In this document: positions 28,791 to 43,132 of the stretch, piece by piece
Numbering within the stretch: position 1 is the stretch's first letter
How the letters are laid out: each line of letters opens with the position of its first letter
Assembly (NCBI GenBank): GCA_050613775.1
Contig: JBODTK010000103.1
Span: 248,001-312,000, forward strand
DNA: 64,000 nt
Source of the DNA: Neocallimastix sp. 'constans'
Taxonomy: Eukaryota
Direction: 5' to 3'
Notes under the pieces: model-generated
What the model was told of the DNA's origin: nothing
What the model saw: the letters and a program-made list of their open reading frames with translations, nothing else
The model's database searches: none
Program-made: the position numbers and the translations under genes

Positions 28791-29545
28791 GAGAATAAAA
28801 AATTTCAAATTTTCATTCGAGAATTAATATTATTTATTATTTTTAAGTAATATATAAAAAAAAAAAAAAAATTAATATAAAAAATATATATAAATATTTT
28901 AATATCATTATTATTAATTTTATTATAATTTTTTGAATTTAACAACTATCAAATGACATTACCATTGTCATAACTGTGTGAACGGCAGTTCTTTTTGGAT
29001 CCATACCAGTAGCTAAGACTCTGAAAACAATATCTTTATCGGTTAAAATACCTTTTTTTTTTTTTTTTTTTTTTTATATTAAAAAAAAAAAAAAAAAATT
29101 AATATATATTGAATCTTGAAATTTCAATTATTTTCCTTTTATTAATTATATTAAAAAAATATATCTTCAATTTCGCAATTATTTTGTAAAAATAAAATAA
29201 AATAATTTTTTTTAAAATTTTTAAATTTTTATGTTATATTTTACCACATAATTGACCACGGTCATCGATAACTAATACACAAGTGGTATTATCTTTTACT
29301 GACATAACCTTGGCTACATCAATAATTTTTGAGGTATAATGAACAGTAATCGCTGGAGATAGTTTAAGTTCAGTTTCTAAACCGATGGTTTTTGCAGGAT
29401 CACATATTATACCACTCATTCTATTTAATTTTTTATTCATTGAACTTGTTAATTTACGTTTAATACTTTTATCCTTTTTGGATCGAATTTTTAATTGGTC
29501 ATTTTTCTTCGATCCGAAAACATTGGTAATATCCTTTAATTTCAT
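24049..29545 (-). CDS. CBS-pair + PB1 domain protein with C-terminal membrane anchor (Mug70/CBSCBSPB-like), ~1468 aa
   Basis: Exons 29545-29245, 29051-28963, 28603-28271, 27979-27641 and 27393-24049 (4407 nt). CBS motifs CVLVIDDRGQLCGILTDKDIVFRVLATG..VHTVMTMNP and LLGILTTQDLILRVVATG..VKSVMTPNP; PB1 acidic motif YLDEDRDFITIESEEDF; terminal hydrophobic helix. Confidence 0.88.
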
Positions 29546-31758
29546 TTTGGTAATTTATAAAATAATTATATATACTTTTTTAATTTGGCTGTTCTTATAT
29601 TATTATTATTATTTGAAATATTATTATTGGTTTAACTATATATAATTATTATTATTATGTTAAAATTATTGTTTTAATTATATATAATTAATTATTATTA
29701 TTATTTTAAAATTATTGTTTTAACTACATATAATTAATTAATTATTATTATTATTAATTGAAAGTTTTTTATTTAATTTTATAATGCTTTTTTTTTTAAA
29801 AAAAAAGGCGAAATATATAAATCAAATAAAAAACTTTTAAAAATTTATATTTTGATATATTATTATTTTCTTCCTTGCTTCTTTCTTTTATTTTTTATAT
29901 TTTAAATTTAATTCATTTTATCTTTTTTTTTTTGTGTGTTAATTATTTGTTTATTAATAAGTTACTATTTAAAAAAGATAAAACAAAATTTAGTATATTA
30001 CAGCAATATTTTTTATTTTTATTTTTAATAATGATTTAAAAAAAAAAAAAAAAAAAAAAGTTTCTTCGCTTTATAGTATTTTTATTTTAACTTTTTATAT
30101 AAGAGCTTCTATTATTAATTAAATTAAATTAAATTATAATATGTCAAATAATTTATAAAAAAAAATTATATATATATTATATAATTTCAAAATTTATACG
30201 ATAGTTAAGTTTATATAGTATATCAAAAGTAGAGAAAAAAAGAAATGAAATGATTAAAATTCTAAATTTTATATTATATTTAACTATTTAACAAATAAAT
30301 AAATAAATAAAAAGTGAAAGTAGTAATAAAAATTTTAAAAAAAAAAATATATATAAAGATTATTTTTTTAAAAAAAAAAAAAAATTATATTTTCAATAAT
30401 AAATGAATTTTCATATTTTGAACTATATTTTAAATGATTTATATAAATATAATATATTAAAGTATATATTGATATATATTAATTATTAATATAATAACAA
30501 TTATCTAAAGTTTATGTTATTAATAATAAATAATTAAAAATAAATAAATAAATAAATAAGTAATAAATAAACTATAATCAACAATAAAAAGTACTAGATA
30601 AATAATAGTTATTAAATAATAAATAATAATAAATACCAGATAAATAATTGTAATTGATAATTTTATGTGATATTATTATTTATAAAACTTTAACAATATT
30701 CAAATAAAATATTAATAAAAATAATATTAATTACTACTAAGTAAAAAATAGTAATAAAAAATCAGAACTAATAAATAATGAATGAATAAATTAATAAATA
30801 AATAAATTTATTTATATTTTTATGTATAGTTTTTATTATTATTTAATTTTATATATATAATTTTTTATGTATTTAATTTTTATATTTAATTATAATTTAT
30901 AATCTTTTTATAAAATATAATAAAGTTTTCAAATATGAAAAAATTTAAAAAAATGGAAATAAAAAAAATTTGAACTTCGTAATATATTAATAATAATATT
31001 GTAAATATATTAAATGCATAGATTGAATAAAATATTGTTATAAATATAATATATTGATGAATTAAATCCACTTAATATTGCTATTAAAAATGATTATATA
31101 TCCTTAAATTAAAAAATGGTATAGATATATATTACAATATATTTAATTATATTAATAATATTATAATTTTTATATTTAAACATTTATATATAATATATTT
31201 ACAATATAAATGTGATATATTGATGAAACCTTACAAAGGTTTAATATATTAATATGTGTTATATTATATTAATTTATATTGATCAATTTATTGTTTAATT
31301 TATTTTTTATTTATTTTATTAATATTTTATTTTATTTGAAATTTTTTTAATTTATTTATATTTTTAATAAAACTTTTAATATATTAAAATGTATATAATA
31401 AATATATTATAATATAAATAAAAATTAAAAAAAAATTTTTGGCAGATTTTGATGGTAAAATTTTTATTTAATTTTTTTCAAATAAATAAATTTTACTTCC
31501 TTTTATATATATATTAAAAAAATTAGATTAAATAAAAGTGTTTTTTTTTTTTTTTTTAATTATTATCATGATTTATGTATAAATATAATAAAATTAGTTA
31601 TAAATACAAATATAAAAATATATTAATAAATAACAGTGAAATTTTTTTTTAATTAATATTATTAATCAAAAAATAAAATGTAATAAATATTAAGAGTATA
31701 AATGAAATAAAGGATAAAAAGTATAACCATATAATTAACCAAACAGATCTTTTGCTCT

Positions 31759-31826
31759 TACTCTATTTCTACCTCAATATTCTCAATGCCTTTGAGGGTG
31801 ATTGAAACTAAGAGTGTTACACACCG
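31759..31826 (+). ncRNA. Candidate H/ACA snoRNA guide hairpin (snR83/SNORA4-like; 18S site equivalent to yeast Psi1290); 5' boundary unknown
   Basis: Lower stem TACTC/GAGTG, pocket strands TTCTAC (31767-72) and ACTAA (31807-11), upper stem TCAATATTCTCAA/TTGAGGGTGATTGA, and ACA at 31821-23, 14 nt after the start of the 3' pocket strand. The pocket is complementary to conserved 18S UUCUUAGU-UG-GUGGAG. Confidence 0.55.
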
Positions 31827-32426
31827 GAAATAAAAAAAATTTTTTTTTAATTTATTTTTGTTCTTTTATCATCTATATTTATATATACTTTTTAAAATAT
31901 AGAAAGGAAAAGTCAGCTTGTTTATTTCTCTATTATTCTCTATTAAACATCTAATAAAAAACATTATAAATTCTCAAAACAGAGATAAATGTTTTAATTT
32001 CAAAAAAACTCTCAAGAAAAATTAAAAATTTTTTTAATATTAATATATTGCTTTCATTAAAATTTAGTAAAGCATCACATAATATTAATATGAATTAAAA
32101 AATATTATTTTAAAATAAGAATATTTAAAAAAGAATATATTTTTATTTGCAATTCTTAGAATGACTATATTCTTTGAAGACAGGTGAAATTAATAATTAA
32201 TTTATTATTTATTATTTGTAATCATAATTATTAATAATTCTAGTTTATCCATGAAGTAACTATTGCTAACCAATATTGGGTTCAAATTTATTATTTTTTT
32301 TATTTTTGTTTATTTAATTATTTATTTAAATTTATCTTTTTTTTTTTTTTTTTTTTGTTAAAAAAAAATAATAAAATAATAAAATAATTATTTTAATAGG
32401 ATTAAAAAGACATATTTTATATTATG

Positions 32427-32473
<47 letters not shown>

Positions 32474-33186
32474 AATTTTGAATATTTATCAGAAAGTCCC
32501 ATTCCAAGAATTTATTCCATAGGACATAAAATAATAAAATATAATAAATATATTTTTATTATAGCAAATACAAAATAAATAATTTTATGAAATATTGATA
32601 AAAAGTTTTGAAATATGTACTCTTTATAACATAAAAGTATAATAAATATTAATTAAATAATAATAAAGAATTATAATAAAATGAAATAACTATTAAATAT
32701 AATTTTTAAGACATAAATAAAAATAATAATAAATAATAATTATGACATATTTATATTAATAATTAATATTTTAACTTTTATAAAACTTTTAAGAATTAAT
32801 TTTAATATAAATAATAAATAATAATAAATAATAAATTGTAAATAAATAAGAAATAATAATTAAAATGTAAAAATTTTGCTAATTGAACTTATATATGAAA
32901 ATTAAAATAGATTTTAAATACCATTTATTATTATTATAAAAAAATTCTCTATTTTAATTAATTTTCATATATAATAATAATAAAAGGTATTTAAAATATT
33001 AATAGTTATTATTACTTTAATACTATTTTATTTATTTACTACTCTTGGTAATTAACACTATTTTTAATTTAATTAAATAAATAGTTTATTATATATATAT
33101 TATATTTTTATTTTTAATATAATTTATAAATTTTAATTTGAATATTAATTATTTTATTTTTTATTTATTTATTTATTTATTTATAG

Positions 33187-33860
33187 GAGGGTTAAATTAG
33201 ATAGGTTGAATTGAATTAATTATGAATTGAGTTAAAATGGTTATGAATTTAATTGAATTGAATTAATTATGAATTGAGTTAAAATGGTTATGGATTGAAT
33301 TGAATATAAATTGGATTGAATTAGTTATAGGTTGAATTGAAATAGTAAAGGTTGAATTGAATGGTTGTGGGTTGAAGTGTATATAAGTATATTAAATGTA
33401 AACTGAATTAAATTGATTATAAGTTGAACTGAATTGATGATTAATTTGAAATAAAATGATAATGGGGTGAAATAAATTAGTTATGGATTAGACTGAATTG
33501 ATTATACAAGGTAGTATTGTATTGGCTATAAATTGAATTGAATTGGATATGAACTGAATTAAATTGATTATTAGTAGTTATATGTTGAATTGAATTGGAT
33601 ATAAGTTGAATTGCATAATATAAATTGAATTTATACATTAATTGAAATGATAGTCGAATTAAAACGATTATGGATTGAATTGTATATAGGATGAAAATGA
33701 AATTTGAATTGGTTGTGTTTTATATAATATATAAATTGAATTATAGATTTAATTAAAATGGTTATAGGCTGTATTGAATTAATTATGAATTGAATTGAAC
33801 TTATTGGTTAAATTAAAAGAGTTTTGGGTTGAATTAAAATGGGTATAGGATGAAATGCTT
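33187..33860. repeat. Degenerate GAATT-based minisatellite, strongly G>C skewed on +
   Basis: Recurrent GAATTGAATT/GGTTAT units, with an exact 40-bp duplicate at 33206 and 33253. Confidence 0.8.
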
Positions 33861-34727
33861 GCTAGTAGTATTGACTTAAGATAGCTAGAAATGATAATAT
33901 GTATTAACAATATATATATTAATTTAAATTTTATTTTATTTTATTTTATTTATTTATTAATTTATTTATAAAATTATTATTTATTTATTTACTTGTTTAT
34001 TTATTGTAAATATATTTTTTATTTATCAATTTATATATTATTTATTTAACTATCTATTTATTTATTAATATATATATATTAAATATTTAGCTTTTTGATT
34101 ATCTTAATTTTTTTTTATTTTTTTTTTTTATATTAAGAATTGTTAATCAGATCAATAGTATATTAACTATAAAAAAATAAAATAAATTTATTTCAAAAAA
34201 CAAATACTAAATACTAAACAACCTTTTTGTTCAAAAAAAATTTTTTTTAAAAGATAATAAAGACAAAAAAAAAAAAAAGAAAATAAAAATAAATATAAAA
34301 ATAAAATTTAAAAGTAATATTATTATATTTTTGAAGAAATAATAATAATAATAATAAAAATAATAATAATAATATAAAAAATATATTTTGCTTATATCTT
34401 GTATTTTATATTATTTCATTTTATTTTACTTTTTATTTATAAAAATTTTTTATTTATTTATTTATTTATTGTGAAATAAAATCAATTATCCATTTATTGA
34501 AAATAATAAAAAATAATATTTTTTTTATATTTGAAAACTATTTTTAAACATTTAAATAAATCAATCAATTAATTAATTAATTAATTAATCAATCAATAAA
34601 TAAATAAACAAAATATAACATCAATTTAAGATTAATTCAACAATACAATTTTTGAAAAAATAATTTTTTCAATTTTTTTTTTCTTTCTTTTTTTTTTTTA
34701 AAAAAAATTTAATTTTATTATATAATC

Positions 34728-36648
34728 ATGGACGGTCAATTAATAAAAGCAACTCACTTGTTAACTTTACCAACAAATTTTCTTTCAGTAACTTCAATCT
34801 CTTTATTTACCTCAAATAATTTTAAAGGAAAGAGTATTCCACTTAATATTTCAAAAAGAAATTTAAATACTTTAAACTTGATTAAAAATGGTCACTGTCT
34901 CCAACAAAAAAATTCAAAATTAAATTTTAGTTTTGGTGCCGTCGCTAATAGAAATTTTGAGAGTCACGGACCAAAAGTTCAACCTATACAAAATATAAAT
35001 AGTTCTATTTTAGAATTAACAAGACTTAATAATAATTTTAATCCAGAGATTCATAAAGTTGTTCCATTCTATTTAGATACAGTTAATATCGGGGTTATTC
35101 CGGAAAATGTATTCATTCAACTTAAGAAATATAATAAAACGTTTAAGAGAAGATTGAGACCTTTTTCTATTACTTCTCGAAGAGTCACTTTTTCAGAATA
35201 TATTGATACTTATGAAAAAAAAAGTCAAGTTATGGAAGATTTATTAATCTATTGGAGGGATAATGACACATTTGATTGCTTAAAAGGTTGGAGAAATGAA
35301 GTATATCCAATTTTTGATGCTAACCATGAAATCGCATTTCGAATTGAAAGATCAGGAATTGCTTTATTTGGATTCAGAGCTTATGGTTGTCACATCAATG
35401 GTTATGTAGAGGATTCTAAAACTCACCAATTAAAAATGTGGATAGCTCAAAGAAGTTTTAAGAAACAAACTTTCCCAGGTAAATTAGATAATATTGTTGC
35501 TGGTGGTGTCTCATTCCCATTTAATCCAACAGAAACAGCCATTAAGGAATGCTTAGAAGAAGCCAGTATTCCTAATGAAATTTCAACACAAGTATTTATT
35601 TCTTTTATTATTTTTATTATTATTATTATCATCATTAATATAATTTTTATTTATTTATTTAAAAAAAAATTAGAAAAAAAATAAATTATATGAAATTATT
35701 GTTATATTATTATTTTAAATTTAATAAATTATATTATAATTAGAATTATTATATCAACATTTTAAAAAATAATAATAATAATAATAAAAAAAGAGATAAT
35801 ACAAATAATAATTCATAAATTTTATATTTCCAAAAATATATATGCATATATATTTCTTTTATTAAAATAGATTGTACCATGTGGTGCGGTGACCTACATT
35901 TCTGTAGAAAAAAGAGGAATATCCACTGATTCACAATATGTATTTGATTTAAAATTACCAGATTCTTATCAACCTAAACCATTAGATAATGAAGTTGAAG
36001 GATTTTATTTAATGGATTTTAAGGAGGTAATTCGGATTAATAGATAATAAATATTGATATTTTAATTTTTATTCTTATTACTTTTAAAATTAAATTTTAA
36101 AATCTAAAGTTTATAAATATATAAAATAAATTTGAATTATATCTAATTTGTGACATTTCAATATTAAATATATAAATAAATATATGGTATATAAATATTA
36201 ATTTTATATTTTAATATAGATTATTGAAAGATTAAAAAATAATGAATTTAAAGTGAATAGTGGAATTGTTATTATCGATTTTATGATAAGACATGGAATA
36301 TGTAAGTAAATTATTATTATTATTATTTTTTTTTATTATTTATTTTTATTTTTATTTTTTTTAAATTATAACTATAAAAAAGTATTTCTTGATCAAACAA
36401 AAGAATATGTTATAAAAACTTTATATTATTAAATTATTAAATCTTTTTCAAATATTATAATATAATATAATATTTATTTATTTTTATTTATTTTATTTAT
36501 TGTATTTATATTAATTATATTTAAAATAATAAATAACATTTTAGTAACTCATACTATGGAAGAGAATTATTTAGAAATATTAAGTAATATACATAGACCC
36601 ATTCCATTCCCAGGACCTAATTTTATAAATATGAGACATAAGAAATGA
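34728..36648 (+). CDS. Nudix hydrolase, YJR142W/Tnr3-N/NUDX20-like (~401 aa)
   Basis: Exons 34728-35591, 35871-36026, 36220-36301 and 36545-36648 (1206 nt). Motifs LKGWRNEVYPI, IERSGIALFGFRAYGCHINGYV, MWIAQRSFKKQTFPGKLDNIVAGG..KECLEEASI, QYVFDLKLP..PKPLDNEVEGF and DFMIRHG. Confidence 0.9.
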
Positions 36649-36715
36649 AAAATTAAAAAATTAAAATATTAAAATATTAAAAAATAAAATTCTTTTTCAC
36701 TTCTGAAGTCTTTTG

Positions 36716-36752
<37 letters not shown>

Positions 36753-36949
36753 GGTAGATTTTATTTATACAATAGTAAATAATTCTTTATTATATCTAAT
36801 TATTGATAGTTGTATTTTTGATATATATATATATATATTTTATTTTAAATATATAAATTTTTATAAAACTAATATATTTTGTGGTTTAAATAATGATAAA
36901 TAAGAATATCCTTTTGGTGGGAATATCATGAATAAATAAATAAAATAAA

Positions 36950-36982
<33 letters not shown>

Positions 36983-39827
36983 CATATTTCATAAATAAAT
37001 AAATAAAAATAAATAAATAATATGTAATTAAATAATTAACTAATAATTAATAACTAATAACTAATTAATAATAATTTATATATTATAAATTATTGAATAA
37101 TAATGATAATAAATAATACATAATTAAATAATTGAATATTAAATGAAAAATAATAAATAAGAATATAATATAATAAATATTAAGAATAACATTAATATTT
37201 AAATAAAAAACAAAACAAAACAAAAAAAAAAAAAAAAAAGTTAAAAAATATTAAATAAAAAAAAATTAAGAAAAAAAAATTATTAAATATTATTATTTTA
37301 TAAAAAAAAAAAAAAAAAAAATACTCAATGTTTTTTATATTATAACAATTATCTGAGAATAAATTTTAATAAGATAATAACAAGAATAGAAGCTAAAAAT
37401 GTGTTTTAATGTTTGAAAGAAAATAAAAATAAAAAAAATAAACTTTGAATATTTGAAATTTGAAAGAAAATAGAAATAAAAAAATAAACTTTGATTATTT
37501 GAAGTTTGAAAGAAAATAGAAATTAATAGGAAAAATCAAATTAATTAGAAAGCACACATACATGGTAATAATTCAAACTATTATTTAAATATATTTAAAT
37601 AAAATTAAATAAAATTAAAATGAAATAAATAAAATAAAATAAAATTAAAAATGAAGTAAAATAACACGAGTTTAATTTTATTTTATTATTTTATATTATT
37701 ACTGGTTAAAATTATTTTAACATATTTTTTTTAAACAAATTCTATAATTAATTAATTAATTAATTAATTTATTAATTTTAAAATAGTTCAAAAAAATTTA
37801 TTATTAAGAATTAATTATTTCATACCATTTCAATTTATATAAAAGTTTTAAACTATTTATTATATTATTATTATTTATTATATAATAGATGAATAATATT
37901 ATATTTATTTTTATGATTATTGCACTATCTTTTTATTTTTACTTTTCATTCTTTCTTTTTAAATTTTATTTTTGCGAAAAAAAAAAAAAAAAAAAATTGA
38001 ACTAAGTTAAATTAAAAATCTTTTATTACTTCATACATATTCAATAAACTTTATTATTATTTTTTTCTAAAAAAAAAAAAAAAAAAAAAGGAAAAAAAAG
38101 ATAATTTATGAAATATCGAAAAAAGTTTTAAATTATAATTTATAAATTTATTTAGTTTTTTTTATGTACTATTGAGTTGGAATAAAAATATTATATATTA
38201 TAGAGTTATATAGATATTATAAAATCTATAAATATACAATTAAATATACTATATAAAAAAAAAATTCATTAAAATAAAAACTATAATTAAATTTGCGTAG
38301 TTGATATTCTATTTCCTAATTTTTAATTACAATAATACTTTACTATTAAATATAAAACAAATAAAATAATAAAAAATTAATTATTCTTAATTTATTTAAT
38401 TATAAGACATTTTATTGTTAATGAAATAAAACTATTTTAAAATAGTAATTTAACTATTTTAAAAATAAAACAAATTATGAATAAATTATTAGTAATAATA
38501 ATAAAGAATAATATGAATAATGTTATATAATAAATAATAAATAATAAATAATGAATAATAAATAATAAATAATAAATAATAAATAAATAATATGAATTGA
38601 ATAAAAGGAATTTGAAAAATATATAGAATTATTATTCCATAACAAAAACCTATATATTAAAATGCAATAGAATAATAAAAAAAAAAGCAAACTTTAAGTC
38701 AATTGGCTTTAAATTAAAATAAAAATTTCTGTTTAAGATGAAAAAAGTGGCCGTTCAGAAAAAGAAAAAAAAGTATATATATATTTTAAAAAATTAAAAA
38801 GAAAATAAATTTTATATAATATATAAGGCATAATACAATTTATATATAGTTTATATAAAATTAATTTATTAGAATTAATATTATAAAATAAAATAAATAA
38901 TAAATAAAAAAAAAACAATAAATAAAATAAAACAAATAATAAAAAGCAAAAATAGAAATAAGCGGTATTTAATTGCCTTTTCGAATTATTACACATCTTA
39001 TATTATTATTTATTATTTATTATTTATTTATTATTTATTATTTATTATTTATTATTTATTTAATTATTAATTATTTTTATATATTGTTTATTATTATCAT
39101 TATTATTTTTTATTCTTTGTTCTTTATTTATTACATATTCTTTATTCTTTATTATTTATTTATTATTATTGTTTATTATTTATTGTTTATTATTTATTAT
39201 TTATTATTTATTCATTACTGTATTTTATTCTTAATTATGAATTAATTTTAATATAGAATTAAGTTTAATCCTAACATAATCGCAAAATGATAAATACAAT
39301 TTAAAATTATATAATAATATAAAACGTTTGTAATATAATTAATATAATTTAATTTAATTTCTATATAAACTCGATGAGAAAAATATATTACAATTAATAC
39401 CAATATATTTATAATTTATTATTATTTTTTTTAAAGATTCTCTCTTTTTTACTCTATAAATAAATGAAATTTGATTTTATTCTAATCTCATTTTCTATTT
39501 TAATATATCTTATTTTAACAATAAAATTTTATATATATACAAATGAATATTAATATAAATATAATTTTTTTGTATTACATTGTAATATAATATATTTTAT
39601 TGTAATAATTATATATATAATATATTAACTAATTATAAAAAAATAATTATTTATATTTATTATATATTGTCAATTTATTCATTATATAAATTTAATTGAA
39701 TCTTTATATAATTTTAATTTCATTTTATTTATGACTTTTCTTTTTTGTAAATTTCTAAATTTTTTATTTAGTCTGGTAATAATTTACTTTTTTTTGTAAA
39801 ATAATAAATAATCAATAAATCATATAT

Positions 39828-39970
39828 ATAAATAATTATATATATAATAAATAATTATATATAATAAATAATTATATATAATAAATAATTATATATAATA
39901 AATAATTATATATAATAAATAATTATATATAATAAATAATTATATATAATAATTATGTATAATAAATAAT
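39828..39970. repeat. ~17-bp AT-only tandem repeat (ATAAATAATTATATATA)
   Basis: About eight consecutive copies read directly. Confidence 0.85.
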
Positions 39971-40517
39971 TGAATATTAAATAATATTTATATAAATTAA
40001 CAGTTTCTATTGAAAATATACATTTCAAAAAAAAAAAAAAAAAAAAAAATCAATTGTTTAATAATACTATTTTATAAATGAAATAAATTAATATTTTATT
40101 AGTATATGTATTATCAATATCTTTTTTATTATTATTATTTATTATTTTAATTATTAATATATTATAAATTTTATTTTATTTTATTTTTTATTTTTTTTCC
40201 CTTTCTTTATCTAATTTATATAAATTTAAAGTTTAATGTGCCAATCAAGAATTGATAATCGTTAATAATTATAATACACTTTATATATATAATAATATAT
40301 TAATATATTTAATTTTTATTTTATATTATTTATATATTTTTATATGTTTTTAAATAAAAAAAAAAGTTTTTTTTATAATGATAAATGTTATAATTATTAT
40401 TTATCATTAATTAAATTATTTTGGGTATAGAGTTAAATAAATGTAATCCATATATTATCACATATATTATATTTATTTATAGGAAAAAAAAAAAAAAGAA
40501 ATTATTAAAAAAAAAAA

Positions 40518-40525
40518 TATAAAAG
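40518..40525 (+). promoter_or_regulatory. Possible TATA box (TATAAAAG) of the small Cys-rich gene
   Basis: Canonical TATAAAAG followed by a rare GC patch (GAGGCCC), ~130 bp upstream of ATG 40651. Weak evidence in this AT-rich background. Confidence 0.3.
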
Positions 40526-40650
40526 GAGGCCCTTTTTTTCAAATTTTTTTTTTATTAATTCAATATTAAATAGATAATAATAAAAATAAAATAAATAGAA
40601 TTTAAAAATTTTTGTTTGAAATATAAAAAAAACAAATACAATAATAGAAA

Positions 40651-41407
40651 ATGTCTGGAAATTCAGCTTACGGTCCAACTGGTTGTGAAGTTGCTACTAA
40701 CTTTGATAGTTAGTATCTGCATATATTATAATTTTTATATTATTATTGTTAATAAAAATAATTAAAATTTTTGTGAACATAAAAATAAAATTTAATAATG
40801 ATGCTTATAATAGAAAATATAAAATAAAATGGAATAAATAAATAAAAAATAAATATTAATTAATAAAATTTATATATTTTAATATATTAAAAAAAAAGCC
40901 TGTATTCAAAATGCTGGTGGTTCTCTCGACCCAAAGGGTTGGGTTGCATGCTCTCAATTACAAGGTAACATTGCTCAATACAATGAATGTGTTTACAATG
41001 GTTACAAGAGTATTGTTACCTGTTTTTCAAGTTTCTGTAATCAAGATACAACCAACACTGTTAGCACTATGAAGGCTGCACTTGATCAATATACTGGATA
41101 TGTTCAACAATCCCAACAACCAACAACTCAACAACAAACCACCCAACAACAACCAGCCAATCAACAACAAACCACTCAACAACAAACTGCTCAACAACAA
41201 CCAAATGCCCAACAACAAACAACCGGTCAACAAACTAATGCCCAACAACAAACAGCTGGTCAACAAACAACCGGTAATGGCATTAACAATGCAAACACTG
41301 CTAATCCAAACACTATCAATGATGCTAGTGGTGCCGTCTCTAATAAGGTTTCAAAGATTTTAGTTAGTTTCTTAGTTGTCTCTGGTTTATTAATGAACTT
41401 CCTTTAA
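40651..41407 (+). CDS. Small 6-Cys domain + Gln/Thr-rich stalk + GPI-like C-terminal signal protein (~188 aa)
   Basis: Exons 40651-40708 and 40899-41407 (567 nt): MSGNSAYGPTGCEVATNFDTCIQNAGG..ACSQ..NECVYNGYKSIVTCFSSFCNQD, QQQTT repeats, then DASGAVSNKVSKILVSFLVVSGLLMNFL*. Confidence 0.8.
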
Positions 41408-42530
41408 ATAGACAGAAAAATACAATAAAATAATCAAATTATTCTTATTTAAACTAATAAAACAAAAATATGAATTATTATTTCATTATAGTAGAAAATG
41501 ATAAAATAAATGTAATGAATAATTAATTTATTTTATAATTTTTTATGAAATAATATTTATCCATAAAAAAATATTTATACCAAAATTATAATTTATTATA
41601 AAAATATTAAACTTTGAACTAAAAAATTATTTTAAATAAATAAAAAGAATATAAAAAAATTACTATCTTTTTATCTATTTACAATTTTTATATATTTATA
41701 AAATTTATATATTTTATTTTTTTTGTTAAAAAAAATAAGAAAAGAAGGTTTAATGAATAATATATTATATATTATTTATTGATATAAATATAACATATAT
41801 TTAAAGATTTGAAAAATTCATACAAAAATAAAAATAAAAATATAAATAATAGAAAAAGAGAATATAACTGATCTAATATAAAATTATAAAAACACGATTT
41901 ATAATTTTATAATATAGAAAGAAGATTAGATAAAGTAAAATTACTTTAAAAAATGTATTTATATATACTATAGAAAAGGAAAAGATTGAACTATTCAGTT
42001 TATTTAAATAATATATTTATAAAAAACAAGAAATAATAATAATATTAAATAAAAAAAAAAAAAAGAAAAAAATTATGAAGTTGTGTAAAGTAAATGACCT
42101 ATAAAAAATTTAGTGTATGATATGTAATAAATAGAGAACATGAAGTGTATTCTCTTCTTAGTCTTAAAAAAAAAAAAAAAGAAAGAGTATATTATAAAAA
42201 TTATAATTATTAATGAAAAAAATAAAATAAAATAAAATTAACATAATTTATGAAATCTTTTTTTTTTTTCAAAAACTTTATTTTTAATAATTCTATTTCA
42301 TGCAATTATTATTTTTATATATTCATTACATATTTATATATATATATTTTTTCTTTTTATTTAAACCTAAGTTCGCAATAATTGCGGCTATAAAAAAAAA
42401 AAATTTAAACCTATTTATCATCTATAGATTTATTAATGCAATTAATATTTTTTTTTAAATACTTTTTTTTTTTATAATTAATCCATTAAATAATGAAAAG
42501 AATCTATTCTCTTTTCTTTTCCTTCCTTGT

Positions 42531-42565
<35 letters not shown>

Positions 42566-42597
42566 TTTATTATTATAATTAGTTGAAATAACTAATA

Positions 42598-42635
<38 letters not shown>

Positions 42636-43098
42636 ATTTTTTTAATTAATGAACTCTTTTTTTTTTTTATTTCTTTTTTTTTTTTTTTTTTTTTTTTATA
42701 AATATATATATACATATATTTAATTAATAATTATTTATGAATTGTTAATGATAATAATGATAATTATTATTATTTTTTTTTACCATTGACACTTTATTTA
42801 AATATATATATATATATATTTATCTTTTTATATATAATAAAATAATAATGAAGATTTATAATGATAAATATATATACATATATTTATTTAACTAATAATA
42901 ATAAATGATAAATATTCATTTAAATAATTATAATAACAACAACAACAATAATAATAATAATAATAATAATAAAATGAAGAAATCCTATTAAATAAACTTG
43001 AGTATCCTTATATCTTTAAATAGATTAAAAATAATAATAATTAAGATATAATAATGATATAATTGATATAATAATGATAATAAAAAGTATCAAAAAAA

Positions 43099-43132
<34 letters not shown>

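Noticed and set aside
1..31826. Functional linkage between NAF1 and the candidate H/ACA RNA
   Set aside because: They are 29 kb apart with unrelated genes between; co-location is most likely chance.
32491..32530. GAAAGTCCC patch resembling an RNase MRP motif or a mini H/ACA hairpin
   Set aside because: Too short; the remaining conserved elements are missing.
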